Positions 61,201 to 64,000 of a stretch of 64,000 nt of DNA are shown piece after piece. A program made the position numbers and the translations under genes. This stretch comes from Spirochaetia bacterium (lineage in GTDB: Bacteria > Spirochaetota > Spirochaetia > SZUA-6 > Bin103). The DNA lies in the NCBI GenBank assembly GCA_965198005.1, contig CBDAOI010000004.1, forward strand, positions 1,152,001 through 1,216,000, read 5' to 3'. Numbering within the stretch: position 1 is the stretch's first letter; every line of letters starts with the position of its first letter. A model generated the notes under the pieces. That model worked only from the letters and a program-made list of their open reading frames with translations, ran no database searches and was not told where the DNA came from.

Positions 61201-61588
61201 GCCCTGGGCGGCGGTGCGTGCGGTGATTGAGGACGCGATCCGCGCCCACTGGGTCGAGCTCTCCGCCGACAGCGCCGCGTGGCCTTGTGATCTTGCCGGT
61301 GCCCGGCACGTGATCCTGAGAGTACCGACCGACCAAGAGTCGCGTGGCGGTAGTCGCCACTCTCGCCAGACACGGCCCGGGCTGCTCACAGCCGAGGCAG
61401 TCCTGGAAGCCAACGGCATCCAGGACCTCGCGGATCAGATTCCCGAAATCGCCAAGGCCGCTGTCGGCAACGACCTCAAGTTCAACATCCGCGTCGAGTT
61501 CGGCGGCAAGGACTCGCCCCCGGCCGAGGCGGTGGCGAGAATCAACGATCTGCTGTCCGACGTGTCGGACGCGCTGCGACTCCGGTGA
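58289..61588 (+). CDS. DUF499 AAA+ ATPase
   Basis: PWHEVVQVR..FAADL, NYGGGKTH, LLDE, SYPFHPE, FQRTRGILR. Confidence 0.9.
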   Translation: MSPWHEVVQVRDDLKSGELSLAVFAADLYDVVMQKGQRPVYEQPAQFFALTYPTLNLRELVKDVALRLAGQSDKAYRKLAVNYGGGKTHTLIALRHLVHAPHELPDLPAVREFEAHIGFKAPRARVAALCFDKIDIEKGVEIPGPDGKLRMLRYPWSVLAWQLAGSDGLRLLHAAGQDAERETPPAEPLLVKLLAKPQADDLSTLVLLDEVLTYLRVQVEVDPNWRGRSISFFQYLTQAVVKVDRCAMVASLLASDQRRHDALGNELLRDVSEVFGRQMEEDASPVSKEDVAQVLRRRFFTPESIRDQGVFRPHVAATVGSIADLDEQTAKERVAAEQRYLDSYPFHPELTEIFYTRWTQLDGFQRTRGILRTFAIALRDAERWDTSPLIGPNVFLNEPGTNDLAEAASELASFASVDTDGGAHQQWRPILEGELAKARAIQSDAVRLRHRELEQAVVAVFLSCQPIGQKALTPELMVLLGAAKPDRIELETGLQRWTEVSWFLDEAEVATRGDDSGATGELPKTWRLGNRPNLRQMHDDACRNRVPPTLVESQLVDAIERQRTLTSGASAAGARVHNLPARPRDVADDGAFHYVVLGPRAASDPGKPSAEARKVIDQTTTPDRPRVYRNAVVLAVPSRDGLEALRTRVRDYLGWEEVRAQLIDQPIDPLREQMLAAETAAARKRVPDAVRSAYCMVVTVSESDAIHAFRVVVSDQPLFTTIKADRRSRIQETAISSDAMLPGGPYDLWREDEQSRRVKDLVGAFAQFPKLPKMLRTREILDTVLDGVRNGIWVAQLARPDRTVRTFWRIGIDEPALDDAGLELVLPEAAKLSGLESDLLRQGNLPGLWSSDAISVQDVYDYFAGGREVSLPREGYEETLRVPACEPAHVEAAVLQAVEQGLLWLTSGPASILNEPVPTGVLSAAATLRPPPARMPVDEMMAESIPDAWRDGTTNALAVATALSTKHGATLPWAAVRAVIEDAIRAHWVELSADSAAWPCDLAGARHVILRVPTDQESRGGSRHSRQTRPGLLTAEAVLEANGIQDLADQIPEIAKAAVGNDLKFNIRVEFGGKDSPPAEAVARINDLLSDVSDALRLR

Positions 61589-61806
61589 GTCTCTACGCAG
61601 CTACTGCAGGTGGGTCAGCCCGGCGGGGCAACCCGGCGCCGCCGGCGGCACCGTTCGATGTTGCCGAGCCATCGCAAGAACGATACGATTACATGACGAG
61701 TTGCACGGAACGGTAAGTAGTCCATTATGATGGTCACGTCTGGAATTCTGGTTCTGGAAACTTGTCGTCTACAGGATGAACGAGTCGGTAAGACGAGTCT
61801 CGCATA

Positions 61807-62235
61807 ATGGCACCAGATATCCCTGATCAAGAACCGGACAACCGAGGAGTCGGCCAAGAACCCGCGCAGGAGTCGAAGGGGCGCCCCTCATTCTCCCGCC
61901 TGCTCAGGCCGTTGACCGACGATGAGATGTCAGCGTCGGGTGTGCAGAAGCTGCTCGTGGCGGAGATCGATCGGCTGGAAGAGGAGAATAGAGGACTCAA
62001 GGCAATCAGCAGGGAGTTCGGTGCTTCTCAGCGAAGGATCGGCATCCTGGAAGAGAAGCTCAAGAGCCACACAGCTCTCGATGTGATCTCCGGAGGTTGC
62101 ATAACGGTAGGTGGAGTGGCACTCGGTGCCATTCCAGCGCTGTCGTCTGTACAACCTTATGGTTTGGTCGCGGCAGGGTTCGGCATAACGCTGATCGCGG
62201 TTGGTTTCGTATCACAGGTGGTGAAACGGAGATGA
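61807..62235 (+). CDS. Hypothetical coiled-coil protein with two C-terminal TM helices
   Basis: EIDRLEEENRGLK coiled coil; two hydrophobic segments. Confidence 0.75.
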   Translation: MAPDIPDQEPDNRGVGQEPAQESKGRPSFSRLLRPLTDDEMSASGVQKLLVAEIDRLEEENRGLKAISREFGASQRRIGILEEKLKSHTALDVISGGCITVGGVALGAIPALSSVQPYGLVAAGFGITLIAVGFVSQVVKRR

Positions 62236-62621
62236 AGGTCAGGGTAGACAGGATTCGGGATCCGGGCGTTCTCGATAAGGAACGGCTGGTGTTGAGAGTA
62301 CTCGCAACGACTGACATCGGTGACTACGTATTGCTCCGCACCAAGTATGATGCGGAGACCGTATTGGCAGGGAACTGTGATGCGTTCTGGTTTCCTTTCC
62401 GGGCCGTGTACAAGGACGACTTGGTGGTCGTCTACACGAAACCCGGAGTCATGAAGGAGAAAGTCTTGGAGGATGGCGTCAAGGCCCGCTTTTTTTACTG
62501 GGGTCTTGCGTATCCGATCTGGGATGCAGATGACCGGGGCGCGGTAATCCTTTACGCCCCTAACTGGGAAGACAAGCACCAGCACCTGATGCGCCAACCG
62601 TCGGCAAGCGCTACGACGTAG
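62232..62621 (+). CDS. Hypothetical beta-rich protein, possibly lamin-tail-domain-like
   Basis: ATGA overlap; KERLVLRV..FWFP..VVVYTKPG..FYWGL..IW..AVIL. Confidence 0.6.
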   Translation: MKVRVDRIRDPGVLDKERLVLRVLATTDIGDYVLLRTKYDAETVLAGNCDAFWFPFRAVYKDDLVVVYTKPGVMKEKVLEDGVKARFFYWGLAYPIWDADDRGAVILYAPNWEDKHQHLMRQPSASATT

Positions 62622-62638
62622 CCGAGAACGGCCGCCAC

Positions 62639-62743
62639 GCCCGGCAGCTTGGCGTGCGCCGGATGCAGGTACAGGGACTCGTGGGCTTGCATGATGCGTT
62701 GCGGTTCGCCGTGCCGGGTCGCGCAGCAGCAGGTCCATCGAGC
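62639..62743 (-). pseudogene. Uma2 paralogue fragment
   Basis: Similar to 43137-43242. Confidence 0.7.
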
Positions 62744-62751
62744 CGACCCGT

Positions 62752-63763
62752 CATGGCTGGGACAGCAGCGTCCTGGATGAGATGCACGAGAACATCACCG
62801 AGAAGCTGCGCGACTTCTGGGACGCGGGGATACGCGGGCCGGACTTCGTGTGGGCGGCAACCGGCCCGGCGCTCGAAGCGTTCAGCAAGTACCCGGCGGT
62901 CAAGAAGGCGAACGCCCGGAACCAGCTCATGACCGTCTCGGAGTTCCTGCGCGAGGTGCGGCGGATGGTGGTCGACTTCGTCGTCGGACGTGTGCTGACC
63001 CGCGACGACGGCAAGGAAGCGGCACCCGGCCTCGACGACGTAACCACCTATTACTTGCTGCATCGTAACGACTTCGGCATGGGTGAGGCGCCGGTGGGGG
63101 GCTGCATCCTCTATGCGCTGTCTTGCAACCTCTCCGACACGGCGCTGGTCAACCAGCACGACCTACTGGCGCAGTCGGGACGCGGGGCTGCGGAAGAGTC
63201 CGAGGACGATGATCCGGTAGGGGACAAGGAACGGTCTCAGGGCGGTGGCGCTAAGGTCAAGCTCAAGCCGTGGAGCCGGAGGCGGGGCCGCAACCTCGGC
63301 GTGGAAGGGCCGGGCGGGCGGCCACCATCGCTCATCGACCAAGTGCACCGGTTGATGCACCTGTGGCGAGCCGGAGACCACGTCAAGGTCGACGCCGAAC
63401 GAGAGACGCCGCCGGCCGAACCCCTCCTGGTGGAGTTGCTGGCGAAGCCGCAAGCCGACGATCTCTCCACGCTGGTGCTGCTCGACGAGGTGTTGACGTA
63501 CCTCCGCGTGCAGGTCGAAGTGGATCCGAGCTGGCGCGGCAGGTCGATCAGCTTCTTCCAGTACCGCCGAGGCTGTTCTGGAGGCCAACGGCATCCAGGA
63601 CCTGGCAGACCAGATTCCTGAAATCGCCAAGGCCGCCGTCGGCAACGACCTGAAGTTCAACGTGCGCGTCGAGTTCGGCGGCGAGGAGCCTCCCTCAGCC
63701 GAGGCCGTCGAAAAAATCAACGAGCTACTGGCCGAGGTGCCGGGTATGCCGCAACTTCAATGA
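62752..63763 (+). pseudogene. Deletion-collapsed diverged duplicate of the DUF1156 3' end and DUF499 pieces
   Basis: Blocks match ~56755-57398, ~58820-58993 and ~61391-61588. Confidence 0.88.
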
Positions 63764-64000
63764 GGTCTGTGGACGGCGTACGATCGCATCGACGCGGACA
63801 GGGGCGGTCCGTGGTGACCGTGGTGACGACTATCTGGCCGATCCAAGGCTGATGGTGTATGCAAGTTGCCGAAGTGGATCACCTCTTTCCGCGGCGGTCG
63901 TCGCAGGCGCGACTACTGCATCTCCCGCACTTGGCGGCCCTCGGGCGCGCGTCGGCGTGAGCCGAGCGGGATGACGTTGCCGGCGGAGATCGTTTCGTTC

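Noticed and set aside
35751-64000. Integrase-type island with attL/attR at tRNA-Asn
   Set aside because: No integrase and no duplicate of the tRNA 3' end spotted in the window; these may lie outside it

Overview
High-GC bacterial chromosomal window, mosaic in character. The housekeeping core holds the glycine cleavage genes gcvT-gcvH and gcvPA-gcvPB, an SNF2 helicase, an ArgE-like peptidase, a thioesterase, a TrmJ-like methyltransferase, a sigma-70 factor, msrA, a GT4 glycosyltransferase, a xanthine-dehydrogenase-family CoxL/S/M set, an LLM monooxygenase with flavin reductase, and tRNA-Asn. It is interleaved with accessory DNA: many toxin-antitoxin modules, PD-(D/E)xK nucleases (AAA-PDDEXK, Rpn, Uma2), a complete group II intron, IS1380 and decayed IS110/IS21/IS1595. 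Downstream of tRNA-Asn is an island-like region. It contains a transposase-less IS1595-type cargo element (41-bp TIRs, 8-bp TSD) and a divergent NrtR / DUF6569 (ARPP-1-like) pair with two clear operators. It also carries a ~16 kb defence operon: HTH-SNF2 helicase-DUF3883, an inserted lower-GC Avs-like STAND NTPase, a DUF1156 methylase, HigBA, a DUF499 ATPase, and then an unknown coupled 2TM + lamin-tail-like gene pair. A recurring feature is the presence of diverged, deletion-collapsed duplicates of neighbouring operons, plus many internally deleted genes. All functional calls rest on motif recognition by eye; no searches were run.
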